64,000 nucleotides of DNA from Octopus vulgaris (GCA_951406725.2 OX597819.1:57846001-57910000); one strand, 5' to 3'. Positions 26,398 through 41,490 are shown, numbered from the stretch's first letter. Numbers and translations are program-made. The notes: generated from the sequence alone by a model not told the origin.

Positions 26398-27807
26398 TAG
26401 CATTATCGGCAAGACCCGTCGTTGCCGGGCAATATCATATCTTCTAGTGCATGTCCCTAAAACTTGAGAATACACAACCAATTTCATTCAAATTTTACAC
26501 ATGCCTTTCGTAGGGTCCATGTAGTTTCATGGGCAGAAAAAATGTTCAACTTCTTGCCTAGAGCGAGCCCATAGCAATATCATATCTTCTCCACTATTTC
26601 AGTATTACGTGTTAAAAGTAAAATAAAAACATTTCTCTATTTTATGTCAGATGTTTTCACTTTAACAATAAAAATAATAATTATAAGTAATAATTAAAAT
26701 CAAACTAAAGTATAATATAATCGTAACAAGTAAAAATAGCAATTGGTATAAAATTGCATCAATGATTTAAACTTGAATAAGTGGTTTCACATGAATGGGA
26801 ATAAATTAAAAATAAAATTAGCGTGCAGAAATGGAATAGTCCAGATGGACTATTATACATAAAGGTCTATAGCTTCAACTATTGATTCACTGTAAGGTTT
26901 GTTATTATTATTACTGTTTAACTGTTGTTATTACGTTTGTTGGTTCCTCGTAAGGGAAATGTTGTTGTGTTGCATTTGTTAAATAATTGTAAACCGTAAC
27001 CCTCCCCCTTTGGAAGAAGGAGCTTTAGGTATTGTTTAAAAATTGAATTGTTTGGGGAAATTGGCAATATTTTCATCGTTTACACGGAAGCATTTTTGTT
27101 AGAATACCTTCGATAGAAGAAAGTCCGAAAATGAATTTCGCTTCAGCCGTCGGCGGGCGCGAACTCATTGAAATTAAAATGGAAGAAATACGGATTGATC
27201 ACCGACAAAGACGGTGAATCTAGGATGACACTACCAAACGAAATAAAAAATTAAATTAAAGAAAAAACTATTGTCTATAAAGTATACAATGTAGAGAAAA
27301 AAAATGATTTGAACACCTGGAGGAAAGCACCATCAAAAAGTGTCTTGGTGCGACTAAGAAAGATATCTAAGCAGAGGCGGTAAATTCATCACAATAGAAG
27401 CAAGGTTCGAGTCAACGGAGCGTGCAAGGGAGTACTCGACTCGAACTTGCAAAGTGGAAATATTTTATTTTTACATTTATATCTGGTACTTTGGACGTCC
27501 CGTAAAAAAAATAAAATTGCCCCCCCCCCCCCCCCCCGAAGTAGAAGTAGGCTGGATTGTAGCCACACCTCTATACAAGAGGGAGGACAAGATACAATTG
27601 ATCGAATTTACAAGAGACGGGCTAACAATTCCAGTTGTTATATATTTTGAGTATTGTTATCACTAGCAATATCAAGATATAACTTTGTATTTTGTATTTT
27701 ACGTGTAGATGTATATATATAGATGTACATGTAATATGTACACATATATATACACATATATACATGCACTAGCACTATGACCCGGCAACGAAGGGGCTTT
27801 AATGCTA

Positions 27808-27808
<1 letters not shown>
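26396..27808 (+). mobile_element. Helitron-like family H, long copy with hairpin-CTAG motif at both ends
   Basis: 3' CCCGGCAACGAAGGGG...TAATGCTAG|T; 5' ACTAGCATTA...GACCCGTCGTTGCCGGG (inverted 3' end); flanked by (TA)n. Confidence 0.7.
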
Positions 27809-27876
<68 letters not shown>

Positions 27877-28763
27877 CAGGGTGAGTGAAAAGTAAGTAGG
27901 CATTAAAAACTGGTAGTGAAATCCATATTCTTTTTACAAATTTATTGAAACAAATCATACATGCCCTTTATTACATGGAAAAATGAAAGTGAATATTGAT
28001 ATTTCAACGTAAGCATTGGTGGCGTCAGCCAGCTTCCTCAAACGGCCCGGGAAGAAATGAATAACCTTCTGAAGGATGCCGTCTGGGATATCAATGAGAA
28101 TCTTCTGAATCCGTGCCTCCAAGTTCTCCAGTGTGCGATCGGTGTTATAACATCTCGGCCTCATCACTACGGAAGATGTTTTCAAGCAATTCAGGCCAAT
28201 CCTCATACCAACATAGCATTAACTCTCCATATTCCATTGTGCGGTCACAGTCTTCATGTTTTAGCTCCTGCACACAATGGGGTTCCCACGGATGAAAATT
28301 TAATTCTTTATGCAACACCGTACGTATTGTGTGTCTTGTTACTCCACTTTCACTAACTGCTTGACATGTTGATTTTTGCGGGCTGCAATTAAACGTTTGC
28401 TGCATTGTTGCCACGTTCTCCGCTGATGGGGATGTGGTTGGGCGGCCACTTCTTGCATAGTTTACAGAGCCCGTGGTCATCAGCTTTGCATGACAACGTA
28501 GTGTTGCAAGCATACCTTTCCATGCATGCCACCACCTCTGAGCCAAAACATTGGAATTCTACACTTCATAGTGTTCTGCTAGCTTTGCTCGCTCCTAAAT
28601 AGTCGAGTGACCAGCCATCTGGAAAATAAGAAATAAGACAATAAGAAAATGAAAAGTATCCTTATTAGTGTTGTCTGTTTAAAAAATGTTTTCGTCATCA
28701 CTTCAGTGATACTAAAAATCCTATTAGCAATTTCTAATGCCTAGTTACTTTCCACCCACCCTG
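27877..28763 (-). mobile_element. Internally deleted Tc1/mariner element (maT/rosa-like)
   Basis: TIRs CAGGGTGAGTGAAAAGTAAGTAGGCATTA and TAATGCCTAGTTACTTTCCACCCACCCTG with TA TSD; peptide TGSV..RSGRP...SPQKST...HCVQEL..ED...IFRSDEA followed by a jump to the C-terminus. Confidence 0.9.
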
Positions 28764-29639
28764 TACATATAAATACGTCGAGGAGACCCGTAATTAATTA
28801 TACTTAACCAAACCAGTAGGATGTTAGTCTACTCGTAAAAGAGAAAGCGATTTCTATTCCCAACACCAACTGCTGTATTAAGTTCATGTTCCTAGATTTT
28901 TACTCTCAGCTGTTCCCTTCCATTTAGGTGACATTGTCATGTTGTAGATAGGCCACGTTTTATAGTTTTAATTGAAGGAAATCTACTTACTGAGTTGATA
29001 TATGGATAACTTACATTATACTAATGAGTTTAAATAAACCTATTAATTTTTGCTGCTCTTGTGTTTTTATAGTTATTGCTTTCGTTGTCCTTGTCGTTCC
29101 TGCTGCTGCTGTTGTTATTGCTGCTGTTGTTCTTTTTGTTGTTGCTGCTGCTGCTGCTGCTGCTGTTTTGACTCTTGTCATTCATGACAAAAGGGGTTCT
29201 TTACCTTTTTACCCTTCATAGTGTGGCAGAAATTTAATTGTTATTTCCCGCATCTTGAATAACTATAAATCCTTAAATCCTTTAAAATGTTTTAGCCCGA
29301 AGGCCGCGGCCATGCTGGGGCACCACCGCTGAAGAAACCTATGAAGAAACCTGTAACAAATCGTTGTCTTCTGTGTATTACTTATGAAATTCAGCTCTGC
29401 CAAATACTACGCGTATTGTAGTATTTGTTATTTCACGACTCCCACAACTGATAAAGCTGCATTCTCAGTTTCTATTGCGTATAAAGGACCGAGATTACAA
29501 AATTCCGATGAAAGAGACGTCGTTTGCTACAGGGTTCAGGGGTTTCAGTTTTGAGCGGAGTTGCCACATTTATTACCTCTTCAGTGGTACACTATTCTAT
29601 GTACTTCAGTAGTACATTATTTTATCGATGCCAAAGGTA

Positions 29640-32600
29640 ATGAAGATAAAGTTAACATCGGCGGAATTTGAACTCATAACGAAAAGAGCTGGAAGAAATG
29701 TCGCTGGGCATTTTCTACAGTGTACTAACGATGCTGCTAACTCATCGCCTTCAATTGTAATACAACTACTGTTAAGTCGTGATGTCTTTGACCAACACCA
29801 ATGCAATGCAATGGAGTTGAGTATGGGAGCCATCGACTTAATCGCACGTATAGAGAAAACAGGAAGCTTGCTCATTGGTGAAGCATTAGACTGGCTGATC
29901 TGATTATGGCGTTAGAGTTCTTTCTGAATGTGTTTTAATGGTGGTGAATAGTGAAAGGCAAATTAGATTTCACTTACAAAATGCTATATCAATGACTGTT
30001 TTGTTATTTTGTGTATACTGAAGTTATACCGTCTTAAAATAATTTCACTTGTATCCTAATACCTCAATGTAATGTTTTCAGTCGGTATAAAAGAAAACGG
30101 TTGATTGTTTATCGAATGCTTTTTTGAAGCCCCAAATTATATATAAAGCTGGGGGCTCCGACAAATGGGGCACAAGTGTGTCCGCCTTACATTCACAATA
30201 CTACAACTGTTATTTCTAGTACCTGTGGAATCCTATCAGAGAAAAGTGATTTCACTGCTTGAAGGGACTAATGCTTGTATCCTGTACAGAGGATGAATAT
30301 ATATAATACTACTTACTGTTTGCGGTCCATATCATGTCTCATGTCTTCTATTCTCTCCCACTCCAGTGTTTCATTGATACTTATTTTATCGACCCCGAAA
30401 GGATGAAAGGCAAAGTGGACCCCGGCGGAAATTGAACTCAGAACGTGAAGACCGACAAAATGTCGGTAAGAATTTTGCCCAGCTTGTTTTATGCATGATA
30501 TCCTAACATCAATAAATATTACAGCTTTTCAAAAAGTTGAATAGCCAATACGAAATAGTACATACATATAAAGATATGTGTATGTGCGTCTGCGCTCGCG
30601 TGTGTGCGCGTGCGCGCGTCTGTGCGTCAGTGTACTAATTGTTTATAGCGTGTACTGGTCACCATCGTAAGTAAAATGAGCATTCCACGCTAGGTAATCA
30701 GTGTTTCGGTATAGCTCAGTGCTTAGCTGAACGTTCGTATGAGCTTCAACACTGACAGAATTGTTGTGCTTTTATCTAATCTGGTTTGAATCAAGCAGTT
30801 TTATTAAAATTGCCCCATTACAAATGAGGAGTCACTATGAATGAGCTGGGAAATTAGGACAAGCTTTTATTAGATTAATACAAATCATCCATAGAAGATT
30901 ATGAAATTTGATGACAAAACAAAAATAGCTTTCAAGTACTCTTTTGATTTATTGCTTTGTAGTTTAGCCTCAGATGAACCCTTATTGAGCAACCTATGTT
31001 CAAAAGCAATCTAGCATTCTTTTTAGGGTCCGACAGAATCAAATTATGTTGTGTGCTCTTCAAAATTGTACACTGTGATCTAATGACATTTGCCTGCAAT
31101 TTATTATTTCTTTATTGCCCACAAGGGACTAAACATAGAGGGGACAAACAAGGACAGACAAAGATATTAAGTCGATTACATCGACTCCAGTGCGTAACTG
31201 GTACCTAATTTATCGACCCCGAAAGGATGAAAGACAAAAGATTCTAGTGAGCCTTTCCTTAGTTAGCCATGTATTCTTGATTCAGCTGCCATAAAGTTTC
31301 GAAAATGATGACGTCACAATCTTAACTGCCACAGAGAATAGAAAGATACAAATCATTTTGTGTATACTCTGTGATAAAATCACTATGCTATCTTACAACG
31401 TTTTGTCAATTCTTAAAGCTGAGCTCAGTTTGCGTAATGCGTGGACTTCTACAAACTACTTTACAGCTATGTGAGGATAGAATCTTCAAAAATTGCTTCT
31501 GTGAATGATTAGATTACAAGATTCGCCAAACCCAACTCCATTTCAAGTGAGGACTGGATCTTATCATTGTGGCCGCCGTCGGTGTATAATTAACGGAACG
31601 GTAATTGACAAGACGATAATTAACTACCGAAAACTTGAACATTCTGATTTGTAAAGTAATTATATGTAATTTGGTATTATATCAATGCTTGTTTCACTAT
31701 CAAGCTATCACTGACTAATACAGTTAGTAAATGTCACTATTTATTATATATTATTGATTAAATGCGACTCTCGTTGTTACATAAATTGTTATCAAGGCTT
31801 CTATTCAAAAGTAGCGAAATTATATTGATAACATGAAAGCGTCTTGTGCTCGGCTCTTGCATTTAATTCAGTATTGAAGTATCAATAGAAATCAGTGGTA
31901 CCTGACATCTGTGGAAGACGTAACAATACAGAGATATATTTCATATTGTACCGAGTCGTTACTGCTCTTGTAGCGTTATCATTAAACAGTGTACGCTTTG
32001 GATTGTTCATGCTGAAATAAATTAAGCATGTTTAAACACCAACCAGCTGACCTTCAGATGACCTTACTGTTGTCCCCTATGTTGCAAGCATTCCGACCAC
32101 ATCTTCGACATGAGGAGTGATTCCTCTTTTCTCTATACTAATCAAGGACACCATGTAAAAGCGTGATGAACGTTGCCTCCCTTTAGCTAAAAATACGATG
32201 GGCGTTGACCTGCCTTCTCTCATTAACAGAATCTATGCAAGAAACCATATGAAGGCTAATAACAAACTTTATTGGCGTGTGAAATTTACTCTTGGATCGT
32301 AAGAACACCAAGTGAGGAAGTCATCGTGTCGGACAAGTTCACGGCGCATATTCCATATTTATCCGTTGCAAATAAACATGAAAATATTCTGACTCAACCC
32401 TGCATACTAAGGGTGTTCATGCATCATTATCATTACTAGTAATAAGGTAGCGAGTTCATTGAATCTTTAGTGTGTCGGGCAAAATGCTTCGCAGCATTTC
32501 TTCTGATTCAACGTTCTGAGTTCAAATCCCGCCGAAGTCAACCTTACATTTCATGCATACGAGGCCGATAAAATAAAGTACCAGTCAAGTACTAGGGTCA

Positions 32601-32650
32601 ATCAAATTGACTATCCCCAACACTAAAAAATTACTCACCTTTTGTTAAAA
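29640..32650. mobile_element. Scattered diverged SINE family B fragments (~29640-29750 -, 30375-30482 -, 31102-31237 -, 32443-32650 +)
   Basis: CGGCGGAA.TTGAACTCA and ATCGACCCCGAAAGGATGAAAG motifs; the span includes unassigned spacer DNA. Confidence 0.7.
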
Positions 32651-32694
32651 GTTCAATCCATAATTGTAATTATTATTATTATTATTATTATTAC

Positions 32695-33032
32695 TTTTTT
32701 TTTCTTCTTTCAAATTTGCTTCCATTTCTTGCCGAGTGTCTTCCCGACTCCTAGGGCAAAGAAACTCATAGTATACATTGGTAGGCCATTAAACCAAACT
32801 GAATAGTTCGTTCATTTTTTTTTTTAAGTTAAATTAAAATACATCAGCAGCAACAGTTCTCACATCGACAATGCTCTTCTCAATACGTGTGATGTACCAG
32901 TTAAGACAATCTTTTGCACTTCTTGCAGGGATGGTAAGCCAGGGATCATTCTCATATAATTTTCGGTTCCCTTCTTGATCATTCCTAGTGCTCCTACGAT
33001 CACTGGTATTGTAACCGCCTTGAGATGCCACA

Positions 33033-33034
<2 letters not shown>
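32695..33034 (-). mobile_element. R4/Dong-clade LINE 3' end embedded in (TAA)n
   Basis: KMWHLKAVTIPVIVGALGMIKKG...LQEVQKIVLTGTSHVLRRAL* (restriction-like endonuclease C-terminus) plus 3' UTR; TTA repeats on both sides. Confidence 0.85.
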
Positions 33035-33112
<78 letters not shown>

Positions 33113-33165
33113 ACTATTATTATTAATACAACTACTATCATTATTATTATTAATACTATCATTAC

Positions 33166-33240
<75 letters not shown>

Positions 33241-33256
33241 CATTATTATTATTATT
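33035..33256. repeat. (TTA)n microsatellite
   Basis: Read directly. Confidence 0.97.
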
Positions 33257-34017
33257 CGGTTCATAATAGTAATGTGTCATGGGGTCGATTCCTGGACCTG
33301 CTGATGCATTGCAGTCTTGTGCATGACACGAAGAGACACTTCAGTCCACGTTGCTCTCGTCTACTCTAATGAAAATGTCTATTAGTTAAGTGCTAGCGCA
33401 GCCCTGTCTACCTCCACCTGTGACATATTTGATGTGCCCCTTGGTCAAAGGCTAGCTGTATATGTCTGCACGCGTTCATATAGGCATCGAACAGTTAACG
33501 ATAGCATGGTTCACGCTATCAAATCATACTTGTTCGCGGCTGACTGTTGTTCTTTTACTGCCTTTCTTCATAATCCTGAATTCTAGTTATACGTTATAAC
33601 AATTTATAGCTAAATAGACTGGGAATTTTGAGATTTAAGGGTCTAAAGCAAGGAAACAATTTTTCACTAAAGATGTGATACGGTCGACGATTCTTTCAGT
33701 CAGTAGTATGACATACAACTAACATGGACGTCTGCTGTTCTTGCAACTAAAACAGTTACGCATAAAGACTTGTAGAAAGTAAATCTTATAAGTTAGTAAT
33801 AAAACTTCTAATTATCTAATCACACAATTTTGTAATTGAACAAGTAAGAAATCGCAAATTGCAATTCACAACAATATTGTTCCCGACCTTAAATACGTAG
33901 AATGTAAACAAATATGATATCTTGTTGAATTGGTCGCTAATACGACTTGGACTGAAGCCCGTTCCTCAGCCTCTTTCATGTGTACATACATGTAAGTGCA
34001 TATATGTATATATATGG

Positions 34018-34092
<75 letters not shown>

Positions 34093-34262
34093 TATATATA
34101 TATATAGAGAGAGAGAGAAAAGAGAGAGAGAGAGGGAGAGAGAGAGAGAAAGAGAGAGACATAGAGACAGACAGATATGCATACACTCATTCACACACAC
34201 ACACACACGCACATACACGCTTACACATGTATACATGTGTATACACGCTTACACATATATAC

Positions 34263-34305
<43 letters not shown>

Positions 34306-34899
34306 TATACATATAACATATATATATGTGTGTATATATAATACATATATATATTTACAGACTGCATTTAAGAAATTTATTTTCTACTGTAATCTTCCAC
34401 GAGATAAATCGTGTACAACGTTCGAATTATGTTTATATGGTCACTTCTTACGATTCAGCATAGACTACAATTAAAAAGACCCAATGAAGGGTCCAGTATG
34501 AGCTCACTCATGTTGCTAAATATAGCAGTCAAGTCTCTCTAAAAGCACAATCTGCCACAATTTCTAAGTGAAGGACATATTTGAAAAAATTATTCTCATA
34601 TTGCCATAAAAACGATATCATGTTTTTGACTTGCACATTTATGATTGTTAGTATGCTTGAGAAGTGTCGAGCGTTGGTTTAAACAGAAACAATATCTACA
34701 CCTCTAATACTGAAGATCTTTAAATGTAAGCCGTAAGTACTCAGTCCAATTTAGTCAATGTAATTATTATATTTAACGTTATTTCATCAACCTCACTTTC
34801 CGAATAGCGTAGATTTCTTATCTATGCCACAATTTAATTGTATGAAGTCATTGTTTCTTCTCGTCTTCTATTTTCTTTTTAACCCGAAGACCGGATTGT

Positions 34900-35090
34900 G
34901 ATGGCACCATCGTTAACACACCGTACAAAATGCTTATCGGTATTTTTTGCGGCTATTTAAGGCATGAATTCAAATCCTACCAGTCAGATTTGCCTTTCAT
35001 TCTTTCGGTCACTATAAAATAAGTACCAGTTGAGTGCGGTGTGGTAGTCGATGTAATCGTCTTCCCGTTCCTTTTTTGCCTATATTGAAA
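34900..35090 (+). mobile_element. Old SINE family B copy
   Basis: TTCAAATCC...TTTGCCTTTCATTCTTTCGG...AAAATAAGTACCAGTTGAG. Confidence 0.65.
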
Positions 35091-37286
35091 ACAATTATTT
35101 TCAATCAAAAATATCTCTTGTAAGGTAGTAATTCATTAAAATGTATCTAGATAACTTATTAAAACTTATCCAGGAATAGAATACAAACTCTATAACTACA
35201 CAGGAGTCATGAATTTTGTTCACATACTCAAATGTCTCGAAAATGTACTTCAATTTCAGTTCGAGTCTGAATCAGAAGCTGACATGGCAGAAGTTGAAAG
35301 CAGACGATAAATCCTCGAAAGTCTTTTATCTCATTTTTATTCAATTTGTATCGATCTATAAAATCGTTGTCCTCTTTTAAATTTTATTTTCAAGTTGAAA
35401 ATCTAATTTGTTTTGAAGAAAGAGAAATTGTTCGATTTTTGTACAATAACAATACATTTGTAATATATGTGTATCGGCTTCGGACTCGCTCGGTGCAACA
35501 TGGAAAACAACTTCGCGTTTTCTAAGTCAACGAAAGTTAATTTATTTGACTCAATGGTATTAACAACACATATTAACCCCTAAAATACGGTTGACATAGT
35601 CAGTTCCAGTGGGGTTTAGATCAATAATGTAAGACTTTGAAGTAACATAAGGGACGCAGAATGGCTCTAATAACTTTAGGATGATAGATAAATTTGCACG
35701 CTTCCATTGTGATTCTTTTATGTGGAAATATAAACCCATCTACATAAAACGTTCAATTAGTTCATTGTAAAGATGCAAAGCAGGAAAGCGATTTATCTAG
35801 CATTCATAATTTGTGTATTCAAGATCTAGGAGAATTCAAATGATGAAATATCAGGTAGTGAAGATATATAATTTGTTTATAGCGTAGAGCTACTATATCT
35901 ATACACGCTCTATCTTTATAGGAGACGGCCTGTGTATTTTGAGCATACATGTGAATATAAATTATATCTTGGAGATTCAGGCATTAACTGCCTCAATCTA
36001 AATGTCAAATAATTGTTCGCTTTATTTATCGGAAACGGAAAGTAGAGAAGTAGAACTGAAATGTCAAACAATTGCATTAGGTCTTTGATGATTTTTTTAT
36101 TCATGTCCAGGGACAAGTCATTTCTATTAACGTGGGAAGGCCGTTGATGTAGGGACGAAATGAGTAATAATTGGATGATTCAATACATGTACGAAATTGT
36201 TAGAGTTTCCAGAACTGAATGAACGGATGTTGAGGGCGATGGAGAGGATGAGAGAACAGTACTTGGTTATGTCATTGGAATTTGCTGCGTGTAAAGCTTC
36301 GGGTATAATTTTACAGAGTGCACTATTGTATCAATAATGAGAAATAGAGAGTAGTTGTCATGTGATGCATTCAAAGAATGCTGGGAAGCAGTTATATAAA
36401 GATAAAAGAAGATAAATGTTTACGAAAAAAGGAAGAATTTTGATAATAAATCCAATGTCAGCTGCAGGTGATACCAGGTATTTGAGTACCAAAGATATAT
36501 CACCTGGACTCCATATCAGTTTCATATAATAAAGAAACCCAACTAAGAGTGCGTTAGTTTTATGGGTCGAATTGATATAATGTATCATCTGGACAAATAG
36601 AATGGATGACCTCTCCGCAGGGACTCTCGCTGTTAAAGTAAACACTACAAATAATGTGTGTAGTGAGTCCTCATATATGTGTGTGTGTGTGTGCGTGTGT
36701 GTGTGTGTGTGCGTGTGTGAGTGAGTGTGTGTATGTATATATATATATATAAAGGTAGGGAGGGGGGGAGAGAGAGAAAGAGAAAGAAAGAAATAAAGAA
36801 GGAAAGAAAAGAAAAGAAATTTTTACATATATATATCCTTTATAAGATACGATCTTTGTGTACTGTCATAAGACTTTTCAATCTTGAAATCAAACTGAAA
36901 ACTTTCCCGCGTATCACACATTTTAAAACATCGGGTCTGGTAGGGAGAACATTGCATAAGTTGGTCTTTTCTAGTACTACAAATGGTTGGTATATCCAGC
37001 CTTAGAAAGGAGAACACACGGCAACAGGTAGGAGTACAGCAGCTTATATAACGTTTTGCATCCTGTGTTCAGATCTCGCCAGATCCTGAACCAGCTTGTA
37101 GATATAAAGCTGTCACCTGGATTAACTCTCTATCCTTGGTGGAGCTTACTCTCTTGTAATGAATCGGACCTAAGGATGCCTTCCATCCTTCTTCCCACAA
37201 GGCCCGGTCTCTCTATAAAGTTCCAAGGAAGCTGAAAGCATCTCTAACCTTCCTGCCTGAATAATGGATAAAAATTAATAATATAT

Positions 37287-37449
37287 AGGCGCAAGAGAGG
37301 CTGTGTGGTAAGTAGCTTGCTTACCAGCCACATAGTTCCGGGTTAAGTCTCACTGAGTGGCACCTTGAGCAGGTGTCTTCTACTGTAGCCTCGGACTGAC
37401 CAAAGCCTTGCGAGTGGATTTGGTAGACGGAAACTGAAAGAAGCACGTC

Positions 37450-37517
<68 letters not shown>

Positions 37518-37660
37518 GCATATATGCTGGTGAGTTGACGTCCCCGTAACTTAACGGTTCGGCAAAAGTTACCGATAAAATAAGTACTGGGGTCGATTTG
37601 TTCGACTAAAGGTGGTGCTCCAGCATGGCTGCAGTCAAATGACTGAAACAAATAAAAGAG
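37287..37660 (+). mobile_element. SINE family A, near full length
   Basis: GGCGCAAGAGAGGCTGTGTGGTAAG head through GCAGTCAAATGACTGAAACAAATAAAAGAG tail. Confidence 0.9.
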
Positions 37661-38001
37661 AGAGTATATTTTAGTTATACAATACAAAATATCTATTTTT
37701 GAAATATTTTTCTGTAATGAATTCAGGATAGCACAGCACTGATTCTAGAAGTTGCATCGCTGCACACTAGAAATGCAGCATCATCTATTCTGCATTTTAT
37801 TCCTACAGAAAATCACGACAAATGAACTTCGTGATATGTGTGAAGGATTGATAGAATTTTTTTTTGAATAATGAATTTCCAATAAATGTCGATTTTTATA
37901 TTGAGCATAAATGTGCAAAATAAACGCACAGAAGATATTATAAAATATTTAACTTATCTTGTATGAATGAATATGCAAAGATGTGTGATGTGTCAGTCCG
38001 T

Positions 38002-38065
<64 letters not shown>

Positions 38066-38205
38066 ATCTATCAATCTATCTATCTTTTTCTCTCTCTTTA
38101 TCTATCTATTTCTACTCACATTTACACACACGCGCACACAAACACACACGCGCACACAAACACACACGCGCACACAAACACACACACATATATGTATGTG
38201 TTTGT

Positions 38206-38256
<51 letters not shown>

Positions 38257-38409
38257 AGATATTATATACAGAGAGAGACAGAGAAAGAAAAAGGAATGAA
38301 AGAAGGGGACAGAGAGAGAGAAAGAAAGATACTTATAAGAATATTTGTATATGTATATCTGCATGTATACATTACGTGTGGAAATATACACTTGTTTACA
38401 CTACAAATA

Positions 38410-38523
<114 letters not shown>

Positions 38524-38618
38524 TTATATATCTATATGTACACATATATATATATATATACACGTGAATATATGTATTTACGTACACACACATACATACA
38601 CTCAAACCAAATGCATGC

Positions 38619-38709
<91 letters not shown>

Positions 38710-38778
38710 CACTCACACACATACATACCTGTATGCGTGTTTGAATATTATACGATTATATAAAGAAATGTAAGTGAC

Positions 38779-38861
<83 letters not shown>

Positions 38862-39250
38862 GGATAAACAGGCAGGCAGATTCTTGTTCTGTATTGCTAC
38901 TAGCCAATGTGCAAAATTCTCCCTGAATAGAACATTTAATTACGATAACTATATCTAATAACCTGCCAATTGTGTTCTATTATTGTCGAACCAAAATTAA
39001 GGGGAGAGAAAGAATGCGATAGATACAATATTGTGGGAAGAGGAAGGTGATAGAAATATGGGTTATGGGCAATTACTTCTTTCCTTCCCCTTTTAGAATT
39101 ATTCCTCAAGCCACGCTAACTTTACGTTCATACATTGCTCTTCTTTTTTCACATAAAAATAGCTCACAATTTGAAGCCTGCCTATTAATATTGGGTCGCT
39201 CCTTTGCCTAATTTCTTCAGCCTATACTTATGTGTGCGTGTGTGTGCGTG

Positions 39251-39321
<71 letters not shown>

Positions 39322-40095
39322 ACCTTGATGATTTTTCTTGGGTTTGTTTCGGTGTCTTCCTTGGCTTTCATTCTGTTTTTTTTTACTTTTTCCTTTTTTT
39401 ATTTTTCTGATTTCTTTGTTTTCTCGAGGTCATATCGTATATTCAAAATGATAAAGAAGATGACCTCAAACGAATGTTAGATATATTTACGCTGTTCGCT
39501 TTACAAAAGTGAGAAAACGGAGCTGGTGACATCTGTCACCTATCTGAACAAACTACCATTAAGGGAGACTATTCACTGTAAGACTGACTAGCTCTAAATA
39601 GCAGCCAAATATTAGCCATTGATGCATTTTATGTTTAGAATAGCAACACACGGAATTGGTTCAAACTACCACCTGGCTAAATTAACATTCAATGTTGGAG
39701 ACTTCCTATTTACTTTACCAGCTACAAATAGTAGCCAAATCCCCCTAAATCACTGTACAACTCCTTAGAAAAAAGATATATTGGATAATGTAACCTAGTC
39801 ACACTGTGTTTAAATAAATGGTGTAATGACATGGTGAGAACGTCTTTAATCGCAGAACCGCACATTTAGATATTACTTCGGGTGAAAGAAAATACTTCCT
39901 GTGTTATTAGATTGTTATTAATTTATCTGTAATGCGTTTCAATCTTTCTATTTGTTGTGTAATTGTTTTTAGTATTGTGTTCTATACATATAAATGTGCA
40001 CGTGCGTGCGTTTGTAATTAAACCGAGGTCAATATATTTCTATGTGTGCTTGTCTCTATACTATGTATTCAAATATATATGTACGAATGTATGCG

Positions 40096-40126
<31 letters not shown>

Positions 40127-40230
40127 GCTTTCTCTACTTTTTCCTGTCGAGAGCTTATATTATGCCCAATTATTGTACTATTTTCCTTAGTCATTGCGTG
40201 GTAATTGCTATAAACTTTAAGCTTATAAAA

Positions 40231-40268
<38 letters not shown>

Positions 40269-40362
40269 TGTTGTGTCTGGGGAGAGTCATTCTATTTTAG
40301 TACCTTATTATTTAACACACTCACCGGTAAAATTTCCGGCAGAATAACAAGGTAGACAGAAT

Positions 40363-40403
<41 letters not shown>

Positions 40404-40499
40404 TCTTTACCACTTACTTCCGTTATCGGATTTATCAAAAAAGTGGTTCACTATCAATTTGCTTCGCCTTTTTATACGAAATTGAAACTGACGATGTTT

Positions 40500-41150
40500 C
40501 AGAAAGGGATAGAGAGAGAGAGTAAAAGAGAGAGGGGAACAAATTAGAAAGAAAGGTTGCAGGGGTGAAAGAGGAGGAGAGAGTGGGAGATGATGAAGAC
40601 ATAGAAGAGAGAAAAAAGTAGAAGGAGTGTGTTTGGGAGTTTGTGAAAGAAGGGAAAAGAAAGAAGAGAAAAGTTTGAGGTTAGAGAGGAGTTAAATGAG
40701 TCGTGACTTTTGTATCAGTGTGGTCAGACTAGTTTGATCAGGATTCAAAATGTTGTTCTGTCCACTTAGTGACCGTTTGGGTGTGGAAGAAAAGGAATTT
40801 TTATATTCAAGTAGTCAAAGTTTTTAATTGGAAAACCAGATGTTGTTTTTGATTTTCCCCAGTAAGAATTATAATTACGTTTCAAGGTCCTGTTTTTTAA
40901 TTATTTTGTATTCATTAATGGAAGGTGGGGATGGTTGTTTGGATGTGGTCAAATTTTTTTATTAAAATTCCAGATGTTGTTTTTGGAAGAGTTATTTTGA
41001 AGCAAGTAAAGTTATGATTTTAAATACAATCTGAAAAAAGTTTATGTGCAGGAAAGTGTTTTTCAATTATAAATATGATTTGAATTTCTTTTAAAAAATC
41101 ATAAATATTCTCAAAGTCTAAAAAAAGGAAGGCAATCTAAATATCAATGA
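40500..41150 (-). mobile_element. Possible degraded Penelope-like 3' region
   Basis: Minus-strand NILNPDQTSL-type end followed by a pyrimidine-rich UTR; loosely similar to 54960-55140. Confidence 0.3.
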
Positions 41151-41182
41151 AAAAATACCTTTCTTAAGTGAATATATTCACA

Positions 41183-41285
<103 letters not shown>

Positions 41286-41295
41286 ATATATATAC

Positions 41296-41369
<74 letters not shown>

Positions 41370-41490
41370 TATATTAAATTAGAGATAAAACCACTATTAC
41401 GCAAATCATACAATGAAAAACTTAAGCCAATACATAAGATTAATTAATTTATATTATTTTAAATATATATCAATTTATTCCCTAATATTT

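Noticed and set aside
35700-36650. Possible ancient retroelement coding relic
   Set aside because: No diagnostic RT or endonuclease motif could be read with confidence.
40410-40446. Minus-strand TTGATAA-ATCCG..CGGA between CCACTT/AAGTGG arms
   Set aside because: Could be a deleted U3-A8 HHR, but the GAAA segment is missing.
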